Source: Nemertoderma westbladi (lineage: Eukaryota; Animalia; Xenacoelomorpha). From it: a stretch of DNA of 51,080 bases. The notes below the pieces were generated by a model. It saw nothing but the letters and a program-made list of their open reading frames with translations, was not told the DNA's origin and did not search any database. The stretch spans positions 1-51,080 of the forward strand of contig JAUCBJ010003254.1 of NCBI GenBank assembly GCA_032718475.1. Direction: 5' to 3'. The translations under genes and the position numbers were made by a program. Shown piece after piece: positions 1 to 14,500 of this stretch (positions are counted from its first letter, which is position 1; each line of letters opens with the position of its first letter).

Positions 1-1
1 C

Positions 2-2548
2 AGATAAACGTGTTTCATTATTAATGGAGAAATGTTGAAAATCATGATCTTCACTCCAACGAAAGATTCCCTTAAAACTACTCTCAGAAGTAAAAGCACT
101 TTTACTTAATGCACAATGAAGATAATAATTATCTTTCACCAATGGGAATGGTATACCTCTGCCGTTATTATTTGGTTTACTTATAACGTATATGTTAGAA
201 TCTTCCATATAATCAATACTACGAATAGAGAAGCAACCTGGAATGAGTGCCTCCAGCAGTTTAGCTGCTTGGGTCTCTATTGGTTCATCTTCCAAATCTA
301 ATTCTCTATGAACATCTTCCAATTTCTCACGAAGATTAGTTACATACATTCCCCTTTGCTTTGCTGTACATCCAATAAATACAACATTCTTAAGGTATTT
401 GAGAAATATAGATTGTACAGGAGTCTTATGTTTATCTGCATTAAGAATACTAAGCATGATACGACAATGCATGACTGAATATGATACCATCTGTAAACGA
501 AGTCCATCTGGACATGGTAAATCTGGTTCTATGTTAATTTTCCAAGACTTTCTTCCAATAGGTATAGATGGAAGTATAAGAGGCATTTCATCCTGATAGA
601 TATCCTTGAAAGATAAGTTTTCAGATTCAGTCTCTTCAGTACCCTTGTTTAAAATTCTATCATGAATCTTAAAGCAGTCACTGATTTCCATATAAGTACT
701 ACCGTGTAAACTTTCGCGAATTATAGCATTTTCTGGAAGATCCCAATATTCCAGGAGTCTATCAATATATACCTTAGCAACATGTCGTCGACCATGACGG
801 ACATATTCCAGTACATCGGGACGATACTCCAGAGTGAGTCTATTAGACTCATCCAATGCAAGGTAAGGCTCGCTAACCTGATAATATATAGGGTCAAGAT
901 CGACCCAACAAGACGACAATCCATTATAGTTTCCCATGGCTTTAATAGTGCGAAAACCATGTTGATATGTTCCTTGGCGTGCAGTGCGCAATATATGTGG
1001 AGATATAGTTGCCATTGAAAATATATCTTGATCTGTTACAGGATTGTCAGGGGATGCAGGATTGTTTGGGAGATGGAAAAACTCCTTATTTGTACACTTG
1101 TGTTTCTTGCATATTAGGATGGACAACCCTTTGTCGGGATCGACAACCATACCCCCTGTTGCCTCTTTACCAAGTTCCTTGAACGAATAAGGCCAGTCTA
1201 GTCGAAAAGACTTTACGTGTTCAGGTTTAGCATTGAATATCTTAGGAATAGGAAAGCTATTTGCAAGGAAGTGATTAAAGCTTAATGGTTTACATTCCTC
1301 GATATACTGGGTGCAACCAAGACCACATACAACACTAGGATAGTAGCCCTCATTAAGAAGTTTTACTAACTTTCCAATATCTAGATCATTCATGGTATTT
1401 TTGTACACCATAAGTTCCTGGGTAAAGTCATTCACCACTGTCTTAGAAGGTTGAAGGTGTTGGCTGTTGATAATAAACCTCCAGCTGTCCCTCAATGTCT
1501 CAGGAAGCAAGTCCAGTAAATCGGAAGGTTTACCTAAGAATCCAGGAACTTTATTCATAAGACCACTATATATAAATGATGGCCAGCCACAACTCCAAAG
1601 AATTTGACTCTTTTCCGACCTTTTCAAATATGTGGCACATTCTTTGCAAAGAACATAATCATATTGATGAGATTGCAGGAGATATCCATATTCACGATTA
1701 CAAGTTTTATTTGACAATCGTAGATCAAGTGGATATGAAGATGTTTTGATACGTCGGCAATTTTCACATACATTTTCATTATGAAGGATTACTATGTCAT
1801 TGCCATCAATATCCATTGCTTCCTGATCATCATCATCCTCACTATCTGGCTCATCGTCACTACTATCTGACTCTTCATCAATGATTTCTGGAACCTCAAA
1901 GTTACGCATAGAATCATACTGAAGAGCAGCCTCATCCTCAAAATCACTCCAATCTAAAGCATCATCGCACTCAAGGTTTACTTCTGGTTGCAAAGCAGCT
2001 GGTTCTGCATTTGGAGATGCTGCAGTTGGTTGTTCTGTATTCCTAGATGTTGCAGTCGGATGGAGTGGTATTGGATTTATATTTGATGAACCTTGATCCA
2101 TTGACTGAAAACCATAATAATGTTGATGCTCATGGTGATGAGCAATCAAAACCTCAGGTGTACCAGGCATGCCTACGTGCTGAAAATGGATTCGACCAGA
2201 AATAGATTCTGAAGTAAGAACCACAAATAATCTACGATAGACTAAGCCAAGAGCTTCCAATATAATAGAATTACCAAAAACAGATTGATTAGTCAACTGA
2301 TTGACCAAATCATCATAAGTACGTGGTTCATACTCAGATGGACAATATTTAGGTGAAAATTTATCCTTATTGGAACGAAGAAATGTTTTTGCCCTTATCC
2401 TCATATCCCTTGGACATTCTGCTATTGTAGGATCAGAAATAAGGATTGCATTAAACATACAATTCCCATCACCTCGTACATCTTTAAGGATTAGGCCCTT
2501 AGAATTAGCTACCCTCTCGAATGCAGCACGAACATTTGTCTGTAGAGC
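2..2548 (-). CDS. Exon 13 (open past the left edge, ~849 codons): intact OTU cysteine protease domain, acidic tract, CxxC...CxxC and further Cys-rich region; candidate Helitron-like giant protein
   Basis: Acceptor TTATTATTATAG| with AG at 2550-2549. Manual translation ALQTNVRAAFERVANSKGLILKDVRGDGNCMFNAI...FGNSIILEAL...HQHYYGF (Cys codon 2459-2461, His codon 2120-2122), then EESDSSDDEPDSEDDDD, CENC...CKEC, WSCGWPSFIY, CGLGC. I found no stop down to base 2; the ORF is probably missing from the track because it has no stop inside the window. Confidence 0.9.
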
Positions 2549-3094
2549 CTATAATAATAAATATATAATTATACATTATATATAATAATTATTTATTGCC
2601 ATATAAATCATTTATTGCTATAAAAATTAATATATACAATAATTATTTATTACTGCTTATTATTCAATGCTTCGGTAATTACTTAGATCCAAAGTAATTA
2701 TTTACTGCAGAAACATATATTTATTGTTGCAAAAATAAATATAGCAGCTAAAATAATTATTTACTTGATTAATAATTATTAATTTCTGAAATAATATGTA
2801 TGCTAAATTGATATAATTCCTTATTGCTGCAATATTTAATTAATAGTGCCATGCCATATAGAATAAAAAGATACTGTATTTCTAGAGTAACGTAACATAT
2901 GACATAGTAACATATTATATAATAGTGTATGAACCATGCCAAAAGGTTACATATTAATACAGCTAAACAGCTGTTGTATAAAATTAAACAATATGATGAT
3001 AGTGGAATAAGGAATAATTATTGTTGAATTGTATATCTGTTGAATGTATGCATCTGTCAGGTAAGCTCTTCAAGATATCAGAATCAAATGTGAA

Positions 3095-3202
3095 GTTAGT
3101 TGATCCAGTTGAGTTGTAATAGTTAGTTGATCCAGTTGAGGTGTATTAGTTAGTTGATCCAGTTGAGTTGTATTAGTTAGTTGATCCAGTTGAGTTGTAT
3201 TA
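3095..3202. repeat. 4 x 27-bp tandem repeat
   Basis: Unit GTTAGTTGATCCAGTTGAGTTGTATTA, four near-identical copies. Confidence 0.9.
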
Positions 3203-3323
3203 ATATCAATTATTTATAAAGATGTATAACAGCCTATCTATACTAATTGTAAAATTTACATTATAAATTCATATATAGAAATACATAATGTAATAAATAA
3301 GATATGAATGTAATAAAAGTAGT

Positions 3324-3360
3324 TACTTACCTGGCACAGGGGTTAACCATGATCAATGAA
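3324..3360 (+). pseudogene. U1 snRNA 5' fragment (3'-truncated)
   Basis: TACTTACCTGGCACAGGGGTTAACCATGATCAATGAA matches the metazoan U1 5' end (ATACTTACCTGGC, stem I, GATCA loop I). AT-rich sequence follows, with no further U1 stems or Sm site. Confidence 0.7.
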
Positions 3361-4058
3361 TGTATATAGATTAATGCTGGTCAATGATTAGTTATTATAA
3401 AAAATGCTGTCTAATAAATAATTCCTGTAAAAAAAATACTATTCAAATTACAGGACATGATAAAGTGATGAATTTATTTTAATGATATGCTAATTAATGA
3501 TATGATTATGCTATATGATATGCTAATATTAATGATATGTTCATGAAGATGATATAATGAAATAATTTAATTTGGGGGGTTGTGCTATAGTTGTGATGAG
3601 CTATATAGAGAGTGTCCATTGGGTCTAGTTTCTTAGCATATAGTGTAATATAGGCAAATGACAATGTGTATCATGTGCATGTATGTTAGTATGTTTATAG
3701 TCCTTATGGATTTCAAAAATATTATTTGGAAACCCAACAACTAGAATGAAACATTGTTAGAAAAAATCAAAAAGTAGCTTTTTAAGTAATGGTATAAATT
3801 AATATTAAAGAAATCCATGCCTTAAGTTACTGACATTGGTTATAATTTTCAAAAATAAAGGTTAATTAATTAAAGACGTTTTTAGTGATTAAGCCCATGT
3901 TATACTATATGCTTCACTGACATGTGCCCAGCCAACAACATTAATAATATATATCATCTGATTCCGGGCAGAATTCATTTTGTGAAAATTTATAATAAAC
4001 AAAAAAAATATAAACAGATTTATTTCATTTTTTACATTTATTTTGTGTTTCTTTGAAT

Positions 4059-7000
4059 GTCAGACTGTCTGTCTGTTTGAGTGTATGTCAAGTCTGTCTG
4101 TATGAATATCGATCCAGTCTCTGTCTGACTGTCGGTGCTGTCTGACTGAGTGCTGTCTGCCTGTCTATGGGCTATGTTTGTCTGTCTGTTGGCCATGTCT
4201 GTCTGTCTGTTGGCCATGTCTGTCTGTCTGTCGGTCCTGTCTGTCTCACTGTTGGTCCTGGCTAGTTATACAGAAAGACAGGACCTACAATCAGACACAC
4301 AGGTGCGACAAACAAAAACACAGGTCCGACAAACAGACAGACTAGACATCAGACCGGATCGATATTCAAACAGGACCGACTGTCACAGAGACAGCCACAA
4401 GAGTGATAGTCAGACAGACCGACCGACAGTCAGACAGACGGTCAACAGACAGACAGGACCTACAGTCAGTCAGACAGACAGGACCTACAGTCAGTCAGAC
4501 AGGACCTACAGTCAGACAGCCACAGGAGTGACAGTCACAGACATACCGACAGTCAGACAAGACAGACAATGTCAGACAATATACAGCACCTACAATCAGA
4601 CAGACATGACCACCGGTCATACAGAACCGACAGTCAAACAGCCACATGACTGATAGTCAGACAGACCTAGTCAGACAGACAGACAGACATGATCACCAGT
4701 CATAAAGGACCGACAGTCAAACAGCCACATGACTGATAGTCAGACCCGACAGACAGAACCGACAGTCAGACAACAGACTGGAACTACAGTCAGACAGAAA
4801 CATCATGTCTGTCTGTCTGTCTGACTGTCAGTTACACTCACTATCAGTCCTGTATAAATGTCTGACTGTCAGTCCAGTCTGTCTGTCCGACTATAGGTCC
4901 TGTCTGTCTGTATGACTGGTTTCATGTCTGTCTGACTGTCGATCCTGTCTGTAGTTATAACTGTCTGTATGACTGAGTTCCTGTCTGTATGACTATCGGT
5001 CCTGTCTATATGATCGATCCTGTCTGTCAATCCTGTCTATCTAACTGTATAGGCAATTTACTATTATAATATTCTCGGGTTATGCTAGTTGCTATATGCA
5101 TTGACACATATCTATGTCTGTATAACTGGAGGTCCTGGTGTCTGCATTGTCTGACTGTCAGTCCTGTCTACCTATCTGAATGTCCGTGGGTCTTCTGACT
5201 GTCTGACTGCCGATACTGTGTCTGACTGTAGGTCCTGTCTGTCTGTCGGGTCAATCAGACTCACTTTCGGTCCTGTCTATCTATCTAAATGTAGGTCTTG
5301 AGTGTCTGACTGTCAGTAACACTCACTATCGGTCCTGTATAAATGTCTGACTGTCGGTCCAGTCTGTCTGTCCGACTATAGGTCCTGTCTGTCTGTATGA
5401 CTGGTTTCATGACTGTCTGACTGTCGATCCTGTCTGTAGTTACTAACTGCCTGTATGACTGTAGTTCCTGTGTGTATGACTGTCGGTCGTCTATATGATC
5501 GATCCTGTCTGTCGATACTGTCTATCTGACTGTATATAGGCAATTTACTATTATAATATTCTCGGGTTATGCTAGTTGCTATATGCATTGACACATATCT
5601 ATGTCTGTATAACTGGAGGTCCTGGTGTCTGCATTGTCTGGAATGTCCGTGGGTCTCCTGACTGTCTGACTGCCGATACTGTGTCTGTCTGTAGGTCCTG
5701 TTGGGTCAATCAGACTCACTGTCGGTCCTGTCTATCTGTCTGAATGTAGGTCATGAGTGTCTGACTGTCAGTAACACTCACTATCGGTCCTGTATAAATG
5801 TCTGACTGTCAGTCCAGTCTGTCTGTCCGACTATAGGTCCTGTCTGTCTGTATGACTGGTTTCATGTCTGTCTGACTGTCGATCCTGTCTGTAGTTATAA
5901 CTGTCTGTATGACTGAGTTCCTGTCTGTATGACTGTCGGTCCTGTCTATATGATCGATCATGTCTGTCAATCCTGTCTATCTAACTGTATAGGCAATTTA
6001 CTATTATAATATTCTCGGGTTATGCTAGTTGCTATATGCATTGACACATATCTATGTCTGTATAACTGGAGGTCCTGGTGTCTGCATTGTCTGACTGTCA
6101 GTCCTGTCTACCTATCTGAATGTCCGTGGGTCTCCTGACTGTCTGACTGCCGATACTGTGTCTGACTGTAGGTCCTGTCTGTCTGTCGGGTCAATCAGAC
6201 TCACTTTCAGTCCTGTCTATCTGTCTGAATGTAGGTCTTGAGTGTCTGACTGTCAGTAACACTCACTATCGGTCCTGTATAAATGTCTGACTGTCAGTCC
6301 AGTCTGTCTGTCCGACTATAGGTCCTGTCTGTCTGTATGACTGGTTTCATCTGTCTGACTGTCGATCCTGTCTGTAGTTATTGTCTGTATGACTGAGTTC
6401 CTGTCTGTATGACTGTCGGTCCTGTCTATATGATCGATCCTGTCTGTCAATCCTGTCTATCTAACTGTATAGGCAATTTACTATTATAATATTCTCGGGT
6501 TATGCTAGTTGCTATATGCATTGACACATATCTATGTCTGTATAACTGGAGGTCCTGGTGTCTGCATTGTCTGACTGTCAGTCCTGTCTACCTATCTGAA
6601 TGTCCGTGGGTCTCCTGACTGTCTGACTGCCGATACTGTGTCTGACTGTAGGTCCTGTCTGTCTGTCGGGTCAATCAGACTCACTTTCAGTCCTGTCTAT
6701 CTGTCTGAATGTAGGTCTTGAGTGTCTGACTGTCAGTAACACTCACTATCGGTCCTGTATAAATGTCTGACTGTCAGTCCAGTCTGTCTGTCCGACTATA
6801 GGTCCTGTCTGTCTGTATGACTGGTTACATGTCTGTCTGACTGTCGATCCTGTCTATAGTTACTAACTGTCTGTATGACTGTAGTTCCTGTGTGTATGAC
6901 TGTCGGTCGTCTATATGATCGATCCTGTCCCTGTCTAGGCAATTTACTATTATAATATTCTCGGGTTATGCTAGTTGCAATATGCATTGACACATATATA

Positions 7001-7880
7001 TCTAAGTCGGTATAACTGGAGGTCCTGGTGTCTGCATTGTCTATCAGTCTTGTCTATCTATCTGAATGTCCGTGGGTCTCCTGACTGTCTGACTGCCGAT
7101 ACTGTGTCTGACTTTAGGTCCTGTTTGTCTGTCGGGTCAATCAGACTCACTGTCGGTCCTGTCTATCTGTCTGATTTGAATGTAGGTCCTGACTGTCAAG
7201 TCAGACTCAGTATCGGTCCTATCTATCTGTCTAACTAGCGGTCTGACCGTTTGTCTCAATTGTTTGACTGTCAGTCCTGTCTACTGTCTGACTGTGGGTC
7301 CTGTCTATCTGTCTTAACTGTCTGTCTTTGTCACTATCAACCCTTTCTGTCTGCATTATCTGACTGCCAGACCTGTTGTCCGACTGTCGGCCCTGCATGT
7401 CCGACTGTCGGCCCTGCATGTGTGACTGGCGGCCCTGCATGTGTGACTGGCGGCCCTGTTTGTCTGAATTGTCTGACTGTTAGCCCTGTCTACTGTCCGA
7501 CTGTTGGTATTGTCTGCCTGTACGTCTCAACTTCATGTCGGAATATCTTTTTGTTTGACTTTTTCTTTTTGAGGTCGTTTTGTTTCTGTATGTCTCTCTG
7601 ACTGTCGGTCCTGTCTGTCTGCGTCACTCAGTCCTGTCTCTCTGCCTAACTGTATGACTGTCTGCCCTGTCCGTCCGTCCGACTGTTGATGCAGTGCAAT
7701 TGTCTGAAAATCGTGTAAGGTCAGCATGTCTTACTTTCGTCGATCCTGTCCCTGACTGTTGGTACTGACCATTTCTGTTACTATGTCTGACACGCTCCTG
7801 TCCAATTGTCTGACAGTCGGTCGTGTCCATTTGTCTCACAGTCGGTCCTATCCGTCTGTCTGACAATACTGTATGTCAAT
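4059..7880. repeat. Degenerate (TGTC/GACA)n-derived repeat field with an inverted segment (~4270-4800) and a ~450-490-bp higher-order tandem repeat (~4820-7180)
   Basis: Dense CTGT/TCTG motifs, CAGA orientation at ~4270-4800. Landmark GGCAATTTACTATTATAATATTCTCGGGTTATGC recurs at ~5052, 5539, 5992, 6472 and 6938. Confidence 0.9.
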
Positions 7881-8006
7881 TTACTATTATAATATTCTCG
7901 GAATATGTTTGATCATATATGCATTGATACATATATAATTGTAATGTTTGAAAAAAAAACAAGCAAAACATAAATTGACAAATAATTTAATTTGCATAAA
8001 ACTTAC

Positions 8007-8468
8007 CATTGATGGGACCCCGCCCGATGTTGAAGGCTGCGGAATGGCACTAGAAGGGTGAGTTGGTGCAGCCGGCGGGCGGGGTGTTGGTATCGATGGG
8101 CATGGTGTTCTAGTACGTAAAGTTCTGGGTGACGCACTGGGTGCGTGTCGCGTTGCACAAGGCGCAGTTGGCAACACTCCAGGTACGGAACTTGAAGTGT
8201 TAACAACCGCTGTTCTCGACTTATCGCCGGATGGACAAGGTATCGAGTTAAGTCCAACATCCGGTGTTGGACTTGATATAATATCCCTGCGTGATAAATC
8301 AACGTAAGGAGACAGTCGCCGCGATATAAATCGGGGAGGAGTATCCTTGCCAGACTTAGAATTAAGTCGGCGAATAGAGTCCTCGTCGAACCGAAATATG
8401 GGAGAATCTGTACGAGGACTCATAGTTGGGGTGGAGAAAGGGGTACAGGTTCCTGAACCAGTTGGATC
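8007..8468 (-). CDS. Exon 12 (154 aa, Pro/Ser/Thr/Arg-rich linker)
   Basis: TTTTAG|GAT...ATG|GTAAGT; 462 nt, phase 0-0; DPTGSGTCTPFSTPTMSPRTDSP...GGVPSM; GC-rich island; overlaps track ORF 7887..8423. Confidence 0.8.
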
Positions 8469-8529
8469 CTAAAATAAAGATACAATTTCAAAGACTTAGT
8501 ACTTAGAAAATAAACAATTACTCGTCTTG

Positions 8530-11500
8530 ATGTGAAACGCAACTTACTCCTTAGTTGACTTAGTTGGATGGGCAACTTAGTTGACTTAGATGGATGTGCA
8601 ACCTAGTTGACTTAGATGGATGTGCAACCTAGTTGACTTAGATGGATGTGCAACCTAGTTGACTTAGATGGATGTGCAACCTAGTTGACTTAGATGGATG
8701 TGCAACCTAGTTGACTTAGATGGATGTGCAACCTAGTTGACTTAGATGGATGTGCAACCTAGTTGACTTAGATGGATGTGCAACCTAGTTGACTTAGATG
8801 GATGTGCAACCTAGTTGACTTAGATGGATGTGCAACCTAGTTGACTTAGATGGATGTGCAACCTAGTTGACTTAGATGGATGTGCAACCTAGTTGACTTA
8901 GATGGATGTGCAACCTAGTTGACTTAGATGGATGTGCAACCTAGTTGACTTAGATGGATGTGCAACCTAGTTGACTTAGATGGATGTGCAACCTAGTTCA
9001 CTTAGATGGATGTGCAACCTAGTTCACTTAGATGGATGTGCAACCTAGTTGACTTAGATGGATGTGCAACCTAGTTGACTTAGATGGATGTGTAACCTAG
9101 TTGACTTAGATGGATGTGCAACCTAGTTGACTTAGATGGATGTGCAACCTAGTTGACTTAGATGGATGTGCAACCTAGTTGACTTAGATGGATGTGCAAC
9201 CTAGTTGACTTTGGATGTGCAACTTAGTTGACTTAATGTGCAAGTTGGATGTGCAACTTAGTTGACTTAGTTGGATGTGCAACTTAATTGACTTAGTTGG
9301 ATGTGCAACTTAATTGACTTAGTTGGATGTGCAACTTAATTGACTTAGTTGGATGTGCAACTTAGTTGACTTAGTTGGATGTGCAACTTAGTTGACTTAG
9401 TTGGATGTGCAACTTAATTGACTTAGTTGGATGTGCAACTTAATTGACTTAGTTGGATGTGCAACTTAATTGACTTAGTTGGATGTGCAACTTAGTTGAC
9501 TTAGTTGGATGTGCAACTTAGTTACTTAGTTGGATGTGCAACTTAGTTACTTAGTTGGATGTGCAACTTAGTTACTTAGTTGGATGTGCAACTTAGTTAC
9601 TTAGTTGGATGTGCAACTTAGTTACTTAGTTGGATGTGCAACTTAGTTGACTTAGTTGGATGTGCAACTTAATTGACTTAGTTGGATGTGCAACTTAGTT
9701 GACTTAGTTGGATGTGCAACTTAGTTGACTTAGTTGGATGTGCAACTTAGTTGACTTAGTTGGATGTGCAACTTAGTTGACTTAGTTGGATGTGCAACTT
9801 AGTTGACTTAGTTGGACGAGCAACTTAGTTGAATGTGCAACTTAGTTGACTTAGTTGAATGTGCAACTTAGTTGACTTAGTTGAATGTGCAACTTAGTTG
9901 ACTTAGTTGAATGTGCAACTTAGTTGACTTAGTTGAATGTGCAACTTAGTTGGATGTGCAACTAAGTTGGATGTGCAACTTAGTTGGATGTGCAACTTAG
10001 TTGGATGTGCAACTAAGTTGGATGTGCAACTAAGTTGGATGTGCAACTTAGTTGGATGTGCAACTTAGTTGGAAGTGCAACTTAGCTGGATGTGCAACTT
10101 AGTTGGATGTGCAACTTAGTTGCGATGTGCAACTTAGTTGACTTAGTTGGATGTGCAACTTAGTTGACTTAGTTGGATGCGCAACTTAGTTGGATGTGCA
10201 ACTTAGTTGACTTAGTTGGATGTGCAACTTAGTTGACTTAGTTGGATGTGCAACTTAGTTGCCTTAGCTGGATGTGCAACTTAGTTGACTTAGTTGGATG
10301 TGCAACTTAGTTGACTTAGTTGGATGTGCAACTTAGTTGACTTAGTTGGATGTGCATCTTAGTTGACTTAGTTGGATGTGCAACTTAGTTGACTTAGTTG
10401 GATGTGCATCTTAGTTGACTTAGTTGGATGTGCAACTTAGTTGAATGTGCAACTTAGTTGACTTAGTTGAATGTGCAACTTAGTTGACTTAGTTGAATGT
10501 GCAACTTAGTTGACTTAGTTGAATGTGCAACTAAGTTGGATGATGTGCAACTAAGTTGGATGTGCAACTTCGTTGGATGTGCAACTTCGTTGGATGTGCA
10601 ACTTCGTTGGATGTGCAACTTCGTTGGATGTGCAACTTCGTTGGATGTGCAACTTCGTTGAATGTGCAACTTCGTTGGATGTGCAACTTCGTTGGATGTG
10701 CAACTTCGTTGGATGTGCAACTTCGTTGAATGTGCAACTTCGTTGAATGTGCAACTTCGTTGGATGTGCAACTTCGTTGAATGTGCAACTTAGTTGGATG
10801 TGCAACTTCGTTGAATGTGCAACTTAGTTGGATGTGCAACTTCGTTGAATGTGCAACTTAGTTGGATGTGCAACTTAGATGGATGTACAACTTAGTTGGA
10901 TGTGCAACTTAGATGGATGTGCAACTTAGTTGGACTTAGTTGGATGTGCAACTTGCTAGACTTGGATGTGCAACTTGCTAGACTTGGATGTGCAACTTGC
11001 TAGACTTGGATGTGCAACTTGCTAGACTTGGATGTGCAACTTGCTAGACTTGGATGTGCAACTTGCTAGACTTGGATGTGCAACTTGCTAGACTTGGATG
11101 TGCAACTTGCTAGACTTGGATGTGCAACTTGCTAGACTTGGATGCGCAACTTGCTAGACTTGGATGCGCAACTTGCTAGACTTGGATGCGCAACTTGCTA
11201 GACTTGGATGTGCAACTTGCTAGACTTGGATGTGCAACTTGCTAGACTTGGATGTGCAACTTGCTAGAATTGGATGTGCAACTTGCTAGACTTGGATGTG
11301 CAACTTGCTAGACTTGGATGTGCAACTTGCTAGACTTGGATGTGCAACTTGCTAGACTTGGATGTGCAACATACTTGACTTGGATGTGCAACATACTTGA
11401 CTTGGATGTGCAACATACTTGACTTGGATGTGCAACTTACTTGACTTGGATGTGCAACTTGCTTGACTTGGATGTGCAACTTACTTGCTTGACTTGGATG

Positions 11501-14500
11501 TGCAACTTACTTGCTTGACTTGGATGTGCAACTTACTTGCTTGACTTGGATGTGCAACTTACTTGCTTGACTTGGATGTGCAACTTACTTGCTTGACTTG
11601 GATGTGCAACTTACTTACTTGACTTGGATGTGCAACTTACTTGACTTGGATGTGCAACTTACTTGACTTGGATGTGCAACTTACTTGACTTGGATGTGCA
11701 ACTTACTTGACTTGGATGTGCAACTTACTTGACTTGGATGTGCAACTTACTTGACTTGGATGTGCAACTTACTTGACTTGGATGTGCAACTTACTTGACT
11801 TGGATGTGCAACTTACTTGACTTGGATGTGCAACTTACTTGACTTGGATGTGCAACTTACTTGACTTGGATGTGCAACTTACTTGACTTGGATGTGCAAC
11901 TTACTTGACTTGGATGTGCAACTTACTTGACTTGGATGTGCAACTTACTTGACTTGGATGTGCAACTTACTTGACTTGGATGTGCAACTTACTTGACTTG
12001 GATGTGCAACTTACTTGACTTGGATGTGCAACTTACTTGACTTGGATGTGCAACTTACTTGACTTGGATGTGCAACTTACTTGACTTGGATGTGCAACTT
12101 ACTTGACTTGGATGTGCAACATACTTGACTTGATGTGCAACATACTTGACTTGATGTGCAACATACTTGACTTGATGTGCAACATACTGGACTTGATGTG
12201 CAACTTACTGGACTTGATGTGCAACTTACTTGACTTGCATACTTGACTTGCAACTTACTTGACTTGCAACTTACTTGACTTGTATGTGCAACTTAATTGA
12301 CTTGTATGTGCAACTTACTTGACTTGTATGTGCAACTTACTTGACTTGTATGTGCAACTTACTTGACTTGGATGTGCAACTTACTTGACTTGGATGTGCA
12401 ACTTACTTGACTTGGATGTGCAACTTACTTGACTTGGATGTGCAACTTACTTGACTTGGATGTGCAACTTACTTGACTTGGATGTGCAACTTACTTGACT
12501 TGGATGTGCAACTTACTTGACTTGGATGTGCAACTTACTTGACTTGGATGTGCAACTTACTTGACTTGGATGTGCATGTGCAACATTCTTGACTTGATGT
12601 GCAACAGTGCAACATACTTGACTTGATGTGCAACTTACTTGACTTGGATGTGCAACTTACTTGACTTGGATGTGCAACTTACTTGACTTGGATGTGCAAC
12701 TTACTTGACTTGGATGTGCATGTGCAACATTCTTGACTTGATGTGCAACAGTGCAACATACTTGACTTGATGTGCAACAGTGCAACATACTTGACTTGAT
12801 GTGCAACATACTTGACTTGATGTGCAACATACTTGACTTGATGTGCAACATACTTGAGTTGATGTGCAACATACTTGACTTGATGTGCAACATACTTGAC
12901 TTGATGTGCAACATACTTGACTTGATGTGCAACATACTTGACTTGATGTGCAACATACTTGACTTGATGTGCAACATACTTGACTTGATGTGCAACATAC
13001 TTGACTTGATGTGCAACATACTTGACTTGATGTGCAACATACTTGACTTGATGTGCAACATACTTGACTTGATGTGCAACATACTTGACTTGATGTGCAA
13101 CATACTTGACTTGATGTGCAACATACTTGACTTGATGTGCAACATACTTGACTTGATGTGCAACATACTTGACTTGATGTGCAACATACTTGACTTGATG
13201 TGCAACATACTTGACTTGATGTGCAACATACTTGACTTGATGTGCAACATACTTGACTTGATGTTCAACATACTTGACTTGATGTGCAACATACTTGACT
13301 TGATGTGCAACATACTTGACTTGATGTGCAACATACTTGACTTGATGTGCAACTTACTTGACTTGATGTGCAACTTACTTGACTCGATGTGCAACTTACT
13401 TGACTCGATGTGCAACTTACTTGACTCGATGTGCAACTTACTTGACTCGATGTGCAACTTACTTGACTCGATGTGCAACTTACTTGACTCGATGTGCAAC
13501 TTACTTGACTCGATGTGCAACTTACTTGACTCGATGTGCAACTTACTTGACTCGATGTGCAACTTACTTGACTCGATGTGCAACTTACTTGACTCGATGT
13601 GCAACTTACTTGACTTGATGTGCAACTTACTTGACTTGATGTGCAACTTACCTGACTTGATGTGCAACTTACCTGACTTGATGTGCAACTTACTTGACCC
13701 TTAACTTGATGTGCAACTTACTTGACCCTTAACTTGATGTGCAACTCACATAACTTGATGTGCAACTCGCGACTTGACTTGATGTGCAACTTACTTGACT
13801 TGATGTGCAACTTACTTGACTTGATGTGCAACTTACTTGACTTGATGTGCAACTTACTTGACTTGATGTGCAACTTACTTGACTTGATGTGCAACTTACC
13901 TGACTTGATGTGCAACTTACCTGACTTGATGTGCAACTTACTTGACTTGATGTGCAACTTACTTGACTTGATGTGCAACTTACTTGACTTGATGTGCAAC
14001 TTACTTGACTTGATGTGCAACTTACTTGACTTGATGTGCAACTTACTTGACTTGATGTGCAACTTACTTGACTTGATGTGCAACTTACTTGACTTGATGT
14101 GCAACTTACTTGACTTGATGTGCAACTTACTTGACTTGATGTGCAACTTACTTGACTTGATGTGCAACTTTCTTGACTTGATGTGCAACTTACTTGACTT
14201 GATGTGCAACTTACTTGACTTGATGTGCAACTTACTTGACTTGATGTGCAACTTACTTGACTTGATGTGCAACTTTCTTGACTTGATGTGCAACTTTCTT
14301 GACTTGATGTGCAACTTACTTGACTTGATGTGCAACTTACTTGACTTGATGTGCAACTTACTTGACTTGATGTGCAACTTACTTGACTTGATGTGCAACT
14401 TACTTGACTTGATGTGCAACTTACTTGACTTGATGTGCAACTTACTTGACTTGATGTGCAACTTACTTGACTTGATGTGCAACTTACTTGACTTGATGTG

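Noticed and set aside
116-2585. Short track ORFs (116..301, 399..596, 721..960, 782..1018, 2370..2585)
   Set aside because: Antisense or off-frame shadows of the long minus-strand exon 13.
3324-3490. Functional U1 snRNA gene
   Set aside because: Similarity stops after about 37 nt; stems II-IV and the Sm site are absent.
4150-7866. ORFs rich in QTDR or LSV
   Set aside because: Products of the TGTC/GACA low-complexity field.
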